Source: Mobula hypostoma
Lineage: Eukaryota
NCBI RefSeq assembly: GCF_963921235.1
Contig: NC_086097.1
Coordinates: forward strand, 115,260,001 to 115,324,000
DNA: 64,000 nucleotides
Reading direction: 5' to 3'
The position numbers and the translations under genes were made by a program. The notes under the pieces are model-generated. The model did not search any database. It had not been told where the DNA came from and saw only the letters and a list, made by a program, of their open reading frames with translations. This document shows, one piece after another, positions 49,353 to 61,570 of the stretch (position 1 is the stretch's first letter; the number at the start of each line of letters is the position of its first letter).

Positions 49353-52300
49353 TATATACTGAGAAATCCATTGACTAAAAGCAAGTAAAATTTGAATGGA
49401 TAATGTATGAAATTATCTGAAGTTGCTCAATCAAAATTTGCTAATGTCTTTTCCATGATTTTCCTCAGAAGCATTAAAGAGTGCAAGCACATACTAAAAA
49501 TTTAGTCAAAGTCGCAGTATGTGTAAGCATTATGGTAAAGGTATTTCATTTACAGAGGTGCATTTCACACAAACCCATCTGATGAATAGAATTTCTGTGA
49601 AGCTTCACCACCATATATGGTCACTGATAATCTGAAGAGAAATTTACATCAGAGTGTTTTGCTGCATTACAAATTAAGAATTAATTGTCATTGAATTTAG
49701 GTACAATTGGCTAAGTGTATTGACATTAGAGCACACACTTTAAAATCATGGAGGACTTAGAGTGAATAAAGGCTTTCCGATGACTGAAGGATTGATGGTA
49801 ATAGGATAAGGATTTAAAGAACTGGCAAAGAGCCAGAGATAGGAGAAGAAAACCATTATGTACAGAATAAGGAATATTTAGGAAGGAGCAAAACAAAGCA
49901 GAAAAGGGGAATTCGAAAAGCATTGAGCAAAATGGTTGGGGAGTAGAAATAGAATAAAATGTGAAAAAATGTTAAAATAACAGAATTATAGGTGCTATCT
50001 TTAAATACTTGTAGCATTCAGAATCTAGTAGACTAATTAAAGTTCAAAGTTCAAAGTACATTTTATTATCAAAGTATATATATATATGTCACCATATACA
50101 ACCCTGAAATTCATTTTCAAAGTAAATTTTATTATATATGTCACCATATTAAACCCAATGTTCATACTCAGCAAATCTATGGAGTAATAACTAGATCAGA
50201 ATCAATGAAAAACGCCCAACTACGGTGCAAGTAAAGGGTACAATTAATGGTACAAATAGAGATAAACTGGTGTGATCAACAGTATTTCTCATTATAAATT
50301 ATGACCAGAGGGGATAACTTCACTCACCCTAATACCAAAGTATCTCTACAACTTATAGACTCACCTTCAAGGCCTCTTCATTTCATGTTTCCGATGTTTT
50401 TATCATTATTTTGGTTTTTCTTTGAGTGTTTGTTTTCTTTGTATTTACTGTGAATGCCTGCAAGAAAATTAATCTTATGGTTGTGAAAGGTGACATATAT
50501 GTTCTTTGAGAATACATTTACTTTGAGTACTTTGACTACTGGTGAACAAAGAGCTGAATGTTCAAAGATATTCTCCTATAATAGTGGGTTTTCCCTGCTG
50601 TGAGAATATCATATGGAGGAGGATTTGAAAATGCAGTGAGGAAAGCTTCTTTTGCCAATGCATTAATATAGGAATGGGAAAGTACTGACTTAATGCTATG
50701 GACGAAACTGGTTAGTTGGCAGGCAGTTTTGAGAACGTGACCATAACTCTAAGTTTCAAGATTGTAATGGAGAGGGATATTGATGTTCTGGGGAAAAGTT
50801 GATTTTAATATCAAAAGGTGATCCCTCAAAAAGGCAGCATCTATTATTAAGATCACTCATCACCCATTACTCTTTTCATTACTACCATGAGTACAGTAGT
50901 CTGAGGACACACACTCAACATTTTAGGAATAACTTCTTCCTCACCGCCATCAGATCCCCAAATACTCTATGAACCCATGAATGCTACCTCACTATTATTT
51001 GTTCTTTTTTACACTACTTATTTAATTTATTTTGTATAGAGCATATTTAGTTTATATATATTTACATTGATTTATATATTTTTTCTTATTGTAATTGATA
51101 GCGTATTTTGTGTTTTGCTCTATATTGCTGCCGCAAAACAACAAATTTCATGACATGTCAGAAATAATAAACTTGATTCCGATTCTGGTTCATTTGGCAT
51201 ATCTTTCAAAGACGTAATTGAAAATATGTTTATTGATGGGGATAGTGAGGTTGACGTGCTACAGATGGAATTTAATAGGGCATTTGACAAAATCCTACAT
51301 GAAAGCTATTCAAAAGATTAGCTCCCATGGCATCCGAGGTGAATTAGGTATACAATTGTCTTGGTTATAGGATAGAGAAGAAATATATCTGGCTCCTTCT
51401 TTACTGAAGCATGTTAATGCAGTGGAAGCAGTTCAGAGATGGCATATTAGATTGTTATCAGGTTATCTTTTCAAGAAAGATGAGGCAACCTAGGCACATA
51501 TCTGCTGGGGTCGGTCAAGTAGAAGGACTTGATTTAAGCATATATTCTAATGGGCTGTTAGGGTCTGTTAAATATGGGACATCAACCAATAATTATGTGG
51601 CCAGCAGCTCTTTACACCAAAGTTCACAGTGGGAGATCACGTAAGAGATCAACTTTAGCAAAAGACAAACCAATTTCTTCCATTCACAGCTGTACAAAAG
51701 AGTTCATTAAACAATGGAACATTGCAAAATACTTTATGGACATTGACACCAGCCATTGTGCATGAGGTGTTCTGGTTTTAAACCATTGTAAGTTGTACAG
51801 GGCAGAATAATAGATGACCAGTTCTGCTAATTGGCTCACATTCCAACACCCAGGCTGAGCTGAGGAAAGGAATTAAGTGGCCATCCTGCCACTTAATGCC
51901 TAGACAATCAATTTTTGTGGTGTTTAAAGATCTAGCTGTCCCTCATTTTTGAGATAAAACAAATTTTGGGTATCTGGTATTATTTGCTCAGAACCCTTTG
52001 AAACATCTACAGTAATGTGAATATTTAAAGGAGTCTTCTCAAATAAGCTGCGCTTTCTTTATGAATATGTAATACTATGAAATTACTTGTCCAGAACCAA
52101 AATGTCAAAGTAAATCACATAATTATAAGCACTGCAAATGGATTTATGACCTCCTGTTACCTTTTTGCTCACAAAGTATGACACCTTGGTGTAATTAGAT
52201 GTTCTTCCAGAATGCCTGCTTGAATAAACACCTTTTACATCTACAGCTCTACAGTATGTGTGGTTCATTTATAGTCACAACAGGTGCTTTGATAGAATGG

Positions 52301-52439
52301 ATGTAGAGAAGTATTTGCTCTTTTGGGAGAATCAAGAACTAGCAGTTTATAACTGACGAAGCAACTTTTTAATCTTTTTTTGAGGATGTTGAAAATATAG
52401 ACTTTTGAATTACATTTTAGAGAAAGGAAGAGAATGAAA

Positions 52440-52730
52440 TAGATTTATTTGACACATGTTCATTGAACATACAATGAAAAGCAGCTTTTATATCAAATCA
52501 AATCAGTGAGATTTGTGCTGGGCAAGTGTCGCCGTGCTTCTGGCACCAACATAGCATGCCCTCAATTCACTAACCCTAATCAATCGTCTTTAGGATGTGG
52601 GAAGAAACCAAAGGAACTGGAGAAAACCCAAACAGTCATGGGAAGAACATGCAAACTGCTTAGAGGCAGTGGCGGAAATTTGACCCTTATCAAGCAATGC
52701 ACTAAATGCTTTGCCGCCATGTCAACCACT
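52440..52730 (-). mobile_element. V-SINE-like element
   Basis: Reverse complement of the 25065-25385 type. Confidence 0.65.
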
Positions 52731-52867
52731 AAGAGCTGAAGCAATCTCAAGAGTTAAAATACGGGTTATACTCACAATATGACTTCAAGGAGCTGCTGTG
52801 TATTTGATATTTCAGTAATATTTGAGTAATATAGTGAATATATTGTTTGATTAAGCATTCATTGTTA

Positions 52868-53540
52868 GATTAGATTAGATTATGAGGACACTCAGTCCTC
52901 GTTTATTGTCATTTAGAAATGCATGCATTAAAAAATGATACAATGTTCCTCCGGTATGATATCACAGAAGCACAAGACTGACCAGAACTAAAACTGACAA
53001 AAACCACATAATTATAACATATTGTTACAACAGTGCAAAGCAATACGAATTTAATAAGAGCAGACATGGGCACGGTTTAAAAAAAAGTCTCAAAGTCCCG
53101 ATAGTCCCAACATCTCACGCAGACGGTAGAAGGAAGAAACTCTCCCTGCCATGAGCTTCCAGCGCCGCAAACTTGCCGATGCAGCATCCTGGAAGCACCC
53201 AACCACAGTCTGACTCTGAGTCCGTCTGAAAGCTTCGAGCCTCCGACCAGCCCTCCAACACGGAGCACCAAGCACCATTTCTGCCGAGTGCTTCGACCCC
53301 GGCCCCAGCCGCCCAGCAACAGGCAAAGCCGAGGATTCGGGGCCTTCCCCTCCGGAGATTTCAGATCACACAGTAGCAGCAGCAGTGAAGCAGGCATTTC
53401 AGAAGTTTCACCAAATGTTCCTCTGTGCTCTCATGTCTGCCTCCATCAAATCAGAATTGTGCATGGCCTCCTACTTGACAGATTACAAATATTCATCACC
53501 GGAGAGGCTGCGCAAGTTGTGTCGCACCGCCATCTTCTTC
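52868..53540 (-). mobile_element. Non-coding retroposed element with aagatggcg head and (tctaa)n tail
   Basis: Minus strand starts agaagatggcggtgcg (CpG-rich) and ends aataaa...(atcta)n. Confidence 0.55.
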
Positions 53541-53559
53541 TCCTCCATCATTATTATGT

Positions 53560-53830
53560 TGTTATTATTATTATTATTATTATTATTGAGATACCGTGCC
53601 AAATAGGCCCTTTTGGCCCTTTAAGCCCAATTTAATCTGAGCCTAATCACGGGACAATTTACAATAATCAGTTAACCTACCAACTGGTATGTCTTTGGAA
53701 TTTGGGAGGAAATCGCAGCACCTAGAGGAAACCCACATGGTCATGGGGAGAACATACAAACTCCCTACAGGGAGTGGTGGAAATTGATACTGTAAAGCAT
53801 TGAGCTAACCCCTACGCTACCATGCCACCC
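53560..53830 (-). mobile_element. V-SINE-like element with (aat)n tail
   Basis: Minus strand: ggggtggcatggtagcgtag...ggagtttgtatgttctcccc..gtgggtttcctctaggtgc. Confidence 0.75.
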
Positions 53831-55110
53831 CATATGTTAAATGTAAAAGTATGTACATGGTATACATCATCACACCGCCACTTCATACGCGTGCATCTCA
53901 TCTGCAGAAGAAACAGACGCACACAAGTTACCTGTTGCTGCCTTGTTTTCCTTTCAATTAACTTTAAAGTTTTCAAGTTACAAAACATAACCGTAGCGAT
54001 GAGAAAGCTTTAAATGAACCTGAGATGACTACCTACCTTTTGGAGCGCAGGGAGACGTTCAGGTTAATGAAAAAAGTGCATCTAAGATGGTCAAGTTTAT
54101 AAAAAGCACAGTATATTTTATTTACAGAAGGAAAGACAATCAAGATTTTAAAAAATGCAGAAAATGGAAGAATTCACGGGTTCATAAACAGTGAGTACTG
54201 AGTGTTAATAATGATAAATAAAAAGACAGAACAGAAATGGCTGGCTACGTCGGTTACATTGACTTGTTTGATTACAAAACAGGTAACTGGATATTGTATA
54301 CAGAATGAAATGAGCATTATTTTAAAGCAAATGGAATAGCCAATAAGAAAGGAGTGCCAATTTCTTTGAGTGCATTGGACTTAAAAGTATGCAGTTTACC
54401 TAGAAATCTAATTGCTCCAACCAAACCAGCCAAAATGAGCTTTGCTGACTTCATGAAAGTAAAGCAGGGATACTTACAACCAAAGCCATTGCTGATTGCA
54501 GAACGCTTCAGGTTTCAAAAGGCAGAATCAAAAGGAAGGTTTGTTCATTTCAGTGTATGTGGCTGAATTGAAGATATTACCTGAGCATTGTCAGTTCAGT
54601 AATGGGCTTAATGATGCACTGAGAAATCATATAGTTCGTGGAATCTTACAAGAAAGCATTCAAAATGGTTCTGAACTGAAGTGCAACTTACATTTAAAAG
54701 AGCAGTTGAAATAGCTGTATTAATGGAAATAGCAGACAGAGGTACAATTGAGTTACAGCCAGGAATGAAAGTGAGCATGAAAAATATTGAACCATCTAAA
54801 CAGAATTCAGCCTGATCAAACAAATAGTGGTACCCTTGTGGCAGTTGCTTACATACACCAGGTCAATGCAGATTTAATTGTGAAATTTGCAGTAAGTGCC
54901 AGAAGGTAGGACACATACAAAGAGCCCACTGGGCAAACAAAAATAACTATGCAACTACACAGAGGAAAGAAAAAGATGAAAAGTCAACTTTCAGTTTCAG
55001 AAAGAGCATCAATCTGCATACTGTTGATGAAAAATTTGATAATGATGAGAGTAATGCAGGAATGAGTAGCCTTGAGATTTACAAAGTGAAAACTAATAGT
55101 AGACAAGCAA

Positions 55111-55603
55111 ACACGAGGAAATCTGCAGATGCTGGAATTTCAAGCAGCACACATAAAAGTTGCTGGTGAATGCAGCAGGCCAGGCAGCATCTCTAGGAAG
55201 AGGTACAGTCGATGTTTCGGGCCGAGACCCTTCATCAGGACTAACTGAAATAAGAGCTAGTAAGAGATTGGAAAGTGGGTGGGGGAGAGGGAGATTGAAA
55301 TGATAGGAGAAGACAGGAGGGGGAGGGATGGAGCCAAGAGCTGGACAGTTGATTGGCAAAAGGGATATGAGAAGATCATGGGACAGGAGGCCTAGGGAGA
55401 AAGAAAAGGTGGCGGGGGGGAAAGCCCAGAGGATGGGCAAGGGGTATAGTGAGAGGGACAGAGGAAGAAAAAGGAGAGAGAGAAAAAGAGTGTGTGTATA
55501 TAAATAAATAATAAATGGGGTACGAGAGGCAGGTAGGGCATTAGCGGAAGTTTGAGAAGTCTATGTTCATGCCATCAGGTTGGAGGCTACTCAGATGGAA
55601 TAT
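55111..55603 (-). mobile_element. 5'-truncated Penelope-like element inserted in the Gypsy gag-pro junction
   Basis: TSD aagcaa at 55105-55110 and 55604-55609. Removing the insert restores ..SRQAIWLTIEMNG. Encodes SLQPDGMNIDFSNFR*. Confidence 0.9.
55206..55243 (-). ncRNA. Minimal type I hammerhead motif of Penelope-like end
   Basis: tagtc-CTGATGA-agggtctcggccc-GAAA-c-ATC-gactg. Confidence 0.7.
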
Positions 55604-55819
55604 AAGCAATATGGCTTACAATAGAAATGAACGGCAAATGAATTAAAATAGAATTGGACTCTGGCTCAGCTGTTTCAATCATTCCACAAAAGTTTGAACA
55701 CCATTTCAAAGATACTAAACTGAAGACTGCAGATATCCAACTAAGAATTTATACTAGAGAAAAGAGAACTCCTGTGGGGATGATATTTGTAACCCTATTC
55801 ATTGCTGTTCAAATAGCTA

Positions 55820-56052
55820 GGGAGGGGTGGGAACGTTGACTCAGACCATGAGAGGCCTGCGTCGGGCATTTTCATGCCTTACAAGGCGCAGATTGGAAGT
55901 CTGTGTGGGGCGCCACTCCTCGCACAGACTAGAGCAATGTGTGATTAAGTGCCTTGCTCAAGGGCACAAACACGCTGCCACAGCTGAGGCTCGAACTAGC
56001 GACCTTGAGATAACTAGACGAATGCCTTAACCACTTGGCCACGTGCCCAACA
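55820..56052 (-). mobile_element. tRNA-headed CORE-like SINE
   Basis: A box tggccaagtgg, B box agttcgagcc, CORE-like gcccttgagcaaggcacttaa. 10-bp TSD caaatagcta at 55810-55819 and 56053-56062. Confidence 0.85.
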
Positions 56053-57069
56053 CAAATAGCTAATTACTTGTTCTATGTAAAAGTATGTTAATGGAATATG
56101 TCATCATACCACCACATCATATGTGCACACCTCACTTAAAGTAAAAACAAATGTACATGGGTCATTTTCTGGCTGCCGTGTTTTACTTTCAATTAGTTTT
56201 TACGTTTTTCAGTTACAAACATAACGGGAATGGAAGCCAATTTTAATGAAATGACCTAATTTACCATTATGACTTGCTTCAGGTGGAAAACTTCATAACC
56301 TTCCCACGGCAATTTCTTTGTGAAGTAAACTGACAATATATTGATACAAAGTGATATCAACAATCAACTCAGTCATTAAAACATTCAGTAAAATTCCAAC
56401 ATTGTACTTGAAGTACTCTTCCTGATTTTTCTTAATCCAACAGCTTCTGGATTGGAGGATTTCTAATGGCTCTGGGTTAATCACATAGGCATACAGTACT
56501 GATTTATGACAGTACTAAGCACTGTGATTATTATAGATTTATGGCTAGTCAAAATAACAAGGGGTTAGAGAAGAAAGGACATTGTTTTTGCAATCTTTTT
56601 GAAATATTCCTCTTCTCATAGTGTGTACTATTATATCACATCTGGATCTCTTCATGGTATGCCAATCCTGGATATATAGCCTTTACTGTACAGTTACCTG
56701 ACCCTATTAATGCAGTACAGTTCGCCAGCATTCCTGACATATAACTATTTTGCAATGACTGATTCACCTGTCCAATATATTTTAAGAAATAGGTCAGGAC
56801 TGTAAAGGACTCACCTTTACTTGTTGGATGAGTACCATTCAAATATTCGTTAAGAGTCTTCACACCTTCCAGACCTACACATTCCATTTGCCCACAGTTC
56901 ACCAGTTCACTCGCTGCACCATAAGTGGAACAGCACTGTAACCATTCTTCTCCCTCGTTTGTAATCTCCACCACTTAGAAGGCCAAGAGCAGCAGAGACA
57001 TTGAAAGATCAGCACTTGCATGTTCTTCCCCAAGTGTCTTGCACACACCTGAATTGGAAACTTTGTTTA

Positions 57070-57305
57070 TTTATTTTTAGAGACACATACATAACAGGCC
57101 CTTCAAGCCCATCATTCAATTACACAACTGTGACCAAATATCTTACTGACCCATACGTCTTTGAAATGTGTGAAAAACAGAGCCCCTGGATGAAACCCAT
57201 ACAGTCATGGGGAGAGCATACAAACTCCTTACAGACATCGATGAAATTGAACCCGGGTTTCTGGCACTATCATAGCATTTCACTAACTGCTAAGCTACTG
57301 TGCCA
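57070..57305 (-). mobile_element. V-SINE-like element
   Basis: Minus strand: gggttcaatttc..ctgtaaggagtttgtatgctctcccc. Confidence 0.7.
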
Positions 57306-57318
57306 GTCCAAAGGTTAC

Positions 57319-57399
57319 TGACAGCAGTGGAATTTGAATCTATGCCCCTGAGAGACTGGAGTCTTAATCCAGCACCTTGGACTGCTTGGCCATGCTACA
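57319..57399 (-). pseudogene. tRNA-Leu(AAG) pseudogene
   Basis: gtagcatggccaagcagtccaaggtgctggattAAGactccagtctctcaggggcatagattcaaattccactgctgtca. Vertebrate tRNA-Leu pattern with CpG decay. Confidence 0.8.
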
Positions 57400-57416
57400 G
57401 AATGGAAAATTCCACC

Positions 57417-57476
57417 AGTGCAGTTAGGACTTGAACCCTCAAACCCTAGCTTAGAAATCCCTCAGGCCACTGGGGC
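57417..57476 (-). pseudogene. Deleted tRNA-Arg-like remnant
   Basis: gccccagtggcct...ctaagctaggg.ttgagggttcaagtcc resembles vertebrate tRNA-Arg(CCT). Part of the D and anticodon arms is missing. Confidence 0.55.
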
Positions 57477-59096
57477 CAAACATATTTACTTTCTTAGATT
57501 TCTCTGTTTACTACTCTCCGCAGTTCCCCAAAGTTGTTGTTTCTCTAATAACATTGATTTATAAACTCATATGGTTTTACAGCACAGAAGCACGAACCTT
57601 TGCCATAATTGTCCATGTTGATCAAGATACCTGTCTATAGCAATCCCATTTGCCTGCATTTAGCACATTACATGCACTGTGAATTATATTTTATTATTTT
57701 AATTTGTGGTGATATATAGTTTTATGTTCTGTGTGTGATATAGCTTTTGTGGGTGCATTGTGGTCTGGAGGAACATTGTATATAAGCTTGAGCTTAAAGC
57801 TCTACTCATGTGCAGTGTCCGTCTTAGTGTCTTTTAAATGTTGTAATTGTACCTGCTTTTATCATCTCCTCTGGCAGTTTGTTCCATATACCGACCACAA
57901 TCTGTGTGAAAAACTTGACCTCTGACCCTCCTTTCCCTAAATTCATGCCCTTTAGTTTTAAGATCCCCTACTCTGAAAATAGTCTGTAACTATGCCACTG
58001 ATTATTTTATGAATCTACATAAGGTCATCCCTCAGCCTCTTTCACTCCAGGGAAAACAACCTCTCCTTATAAGTCAACCTTGCCAGATCAGGCAACATTC
58101 CCGTTCTTCCTTACTGCACACCTTCTACCTCAGTGGGTTAATTTCTGGATCTCCTTACCAACAGATACAAGGTGACTGTCTTCATGCTGGGCACTGTAGT
58201 CATTCATAAATGAATTCACAGTCTCTCTCTGAAATGTAATTGAATGCGTGGAATAAGATCTGGACAGGTTACTGAGGAAAAAGCACAACTTACCCCAATG
58301 TTTCCATAAAATACTACATGGGTGTTTGCAGTATTTTCTGTTTTTATTAGAAATGCACATCTGTCTGGTTATGAATGGGAGAGATTCCCTTAATGTCACT
58401 TTTGTATATAGAGGAATGTAGCATTTTCACTGGATATTAACTTTCTCAATGCCCACAACTGCAAATCAGTAAAGAAATTCACTGATATAGCCTAATTAGG
58501 TCAGGCAACAGACCTGAAATTCTGATTTTTATCTTAAGCAGCAGTATATTCTTTATTCCATTAATATAACAGCAGTACAAATAATTCTTCATAAGACTTG
58601 GTTTGGATCTTGTACTTTTGTTTATTAGTTCTTCCAACACTATCCACTAGCCTAAGAATTCTAAAAAAAATTCTTTCACATTTACGGCTTGATATTTCTA
58701 AATACCTTTCCTATGAGCTCACATTTCACTAAATCTAGTCAATCGTACTCCAAATCATCAATGGGTACCCAGTACATGTGACAGCCATACAATTTAAAGG
58801 GGCAACCCAAAAATAAATCTCCTGTGTTTGTAGGTTTTTCTTCAGCTATAGAGAGAGCGTGGTCATGCCAAACCTTTATAGTCCCAAATTCGCCTGTGAG
58901 CCATGAGCCAACATAAAGATGATGGTGGCCAATAATTCTGAACATTGGTTAAACCACTGGTGTTCAGGTATTCCAACACCAGTAAATCCTGGACTGCTCC
59001 ATGTCAAGGGCAGACTATGGCAGATACCAGCATGCCTGTAGAACCTGCCTTTCAAATACTTGGCTTGTCAGAATTGCACAGGATCATCTGAGTCTA

Positions 59097-59404
59097 ACAT
59101 CTCTCAGTTGGTCAGAGTTGGCCATGGATATTGTGTTCTAGCCACCTAGATATGCAAGCCTGGGCAGTACGATATGGAACACAAGCTGTTGTCCTTGTAG
59201 CAAGCTCCCCCTCTCCACACATTCGATAAACCAAAAGGAACGGCAGAGACCAATACAGTTTGGTGCCAGCAGCACCGCAGGAGTTGCCAGTCAACATTGA
59301 ACTCAATGTAGGACTGCCTTAGGGACTCCAGATCCGTATTTTTTCCTTGGGGTTTACTCCCGAAGCCTTCCCCATGAGTGGGTACAGCCGCAAGGCAGCA
59401 GAGG
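59097..59404. repeat. Unclassified GC-richer structured segment, probably a repeat
   Basis: Hairpin at 59288-59316 and long-range ctgcctt/aaggcag complementarity. Confidence 0.4.
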
Positions 59405-59802
59405 ATCATAATCCTAAACATTTCAGTGTGGATATTGAGGCTGCAGGGTGAAAAAGTTTGGATTTTTTTGCAGTTTAGCCCATAAGACATAGGAGCAGAA
59501 TTCGGCCATTTGGCCCATCGAGAATGCTTTGCCATTCTATCAGGGCGGATTTATTGCCCCTCAACTCCATTCTCCTGCCTTCTCACCTTTAACTTTTGAC
59601 ATCCTTACTAATCAAGAGCATATCAACCTCTGCTTTAAATATACCCAATACCATTGGGTATGTTATTAAACATTGACAAAATGTTTACACTTCTTTATTG
59701 ATGCATTAATACTTTAAGTTCTTAATTTAAACAGCTTGAAGGTCCGAAAGGGCCTGTTCCACACTGTGTCTCAATAAATAAAGCAGTTAAATAACTAAAT
59801 AA

Positions 59803-60411
59803 TAAGGTACCTCGTATATCGAATGAGGTGGCCTCTGAGTGAATGCTCTTGGCCTTCTGCTGTTGTAACCCATTCACTTCAAAGTTCAATTTGTTATCCA
59901 TTCAGCTGTGCTTTTCTCTGCACCACTGTTGTAATTCATGGTTATTTGAGTTACTGTCACCTTCGAGAAGATGAGTATCAAAGTTGTGTTGTATATGCAT
60001 ACTTTGACAATAAAACGAACCTGTCCTGTCAGCTTGAACCAGTCTGGCCATTCTCCTTTGATCTCCTTCATTAACAAGTTTTCGGCCACAGAACTGTTGC
60101 CCATTGGATTTTTTTGTTTTGTTTTTGCACTATTCTCTGTAAAGTCTAGAGTCCGTTGTGTGTGAAAATCCTAGGAGATCAGCAGTTTATCAGGTACTCA
60201 AACCTACCCATATGACACCAACAATCATTGCACCAACAAAATCATTTAAATCACATTTCTTCCCCATTCTGATGTTTGGTCTGAAAAACAACTGAACCTC
60301 TTGACCATGTCTGCATGCTTTTATGCTTTGAGTTGCTGCCACACTTTTGGTTAATTAGATATTTACATTAATGCGCAGGTGTACAGGTGTATAAAGTGAC
60401 CACTGAATGTA
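59803..60411 (-). mobile_element. Tc1-derived non-autonomous element with a ~60-bp LINE-tail insert (about 59965-60022)
   Basis: Reverse complement of 35316-35850. TIR ataaagtgaccactgaatgta at about 60391-60411. Confidence 0.85.
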
Positions 60412-60509
60412 TATCAGTTTTGGTCTTAGTAGAAGGAAGAAGGAAGGGTCATCTTTACTTCCCATATTTTATTTACGTGGAGGGATTTCTGAGGGTCAGG
60501 ATCTAACAA

Positions 60510-60930
60510 CATTTGGATTGATTAGGAGGAGTTGGAATGGCTTTGTGTGTGGGATGTCATGCTTGACAAATGTTTTAGAAAATTTGAAGAAGTAAACAAA
60601 AAGGTAAATGCACCTAGGGCACTGGATGTTGTCAATTTGGACATTACCAGGGTCCCTCAACAAGGTCTTGCATAGTCTGGAACATCTGGTGCTACGGAGT
60701 CCAGGGAGAGCCAGTTAGGTGAATTCAAAAGTTGCTCAAAGGTGGAAACCAGGATGGTGGTTGAAGGTGTGTCTTGAAATGGAGGCAGTGACTTGTAGTA
60801 TGCTGTAGGGGAGGTGGCTTTGGGACACTTGTTATTCGTTCCACATGCACAAGGCTTGATCAGAAGGTTTGCAGATGATACAAAGTTAGGAGATATTGTT
60901 GATAGTGAAGAAGGTTATTGTAGATCACAG
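60510..60930 (+). mobile_element. Very decayed CR1 RT fragment
   Basis: SCLTNVLE, and tttgcagatgatacaaagttagg (FADDTKLG). Confidence 0.65.
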
Positions 60931-61570
60931 CACCACTATCTTATCAGAAAAACTTAATTTGTCTCTATCAAATTAATTTATAGAAGGTAATGTGGACAGT
61001 GTAGTACTGTGTAAAAATAATCTTGAGTTCAATCAAAACAGCATCCAGTTACTTTGCTGAACTATTATTTTCCATTACTTTCCTTTGCTGAACAGATTAG
61101 CTCAGATGATTATGAATATATTTGCAAAATGAGCTGCCCTATGAGCTTGTATTAAGTTAACATTTAGTTTTCTGTGATGAAGTTGTTTGCTGAAGGTTAT
61201 CCTAACATCTGCTTAGTTAAAATTTTTCCTATTCTCTCAGTTCAGTGAATGAAGATTAAACATTTCAGACAAAAAGTTAAGCTTGGATCATGTTCTTAGG
61301 CTCGACAGTAAACAAACCATAAGTCTCAGATGACTCTTCATATCACTGACACATTACTCATCATCAATCATTATCTTAGGTCTCCACAGGAAATCTTCCC
61401 TGCTCAGCTTCCATCCATGTGGATCACTCAACCCAGTACAATCACTTCTATAGCTGCTCGATGTCTACACGTTGGAAAATCCAAATGTAGGTGGGAAAAG
61501 ACAGAACAAAGACAAAAAAAATCAATGTGAAGGTTTGAAGTAATAAGCTCTAAGCAACAACAAGAGGCAG

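Larger units (their letters stand above)
52797..56225 (+). mobile_element. Internally deleted Gypsy LTR retrotransposon (gag and protease only) with nested insertions
   Basis: LTR-like direct repeats at 53841-53990 and 56075-56225. gag from 54237 (NWILYTE..YFKANGI, LIAPTKP, IAERFRF, zinc knuckle CSKCQKVGH). Protease ELDSGSAVSII. The 5' start is tentative. Confidence 0.8.

Noticed and set aside
56636..56974. 112-aa ORF and a possible 60-nt exon at 56815-56874 (good gtgagt donor)
   Set aside because: No recognisable protein, the acceptor lacks a polypyrimidine tract, and no partner exons were found. It would need RNA-seq or tBLASTn support.
58739..58945. 68-aa ORF in apparently unique sequence
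   Set aside because: Short, with no motif and no convincing splice signals.
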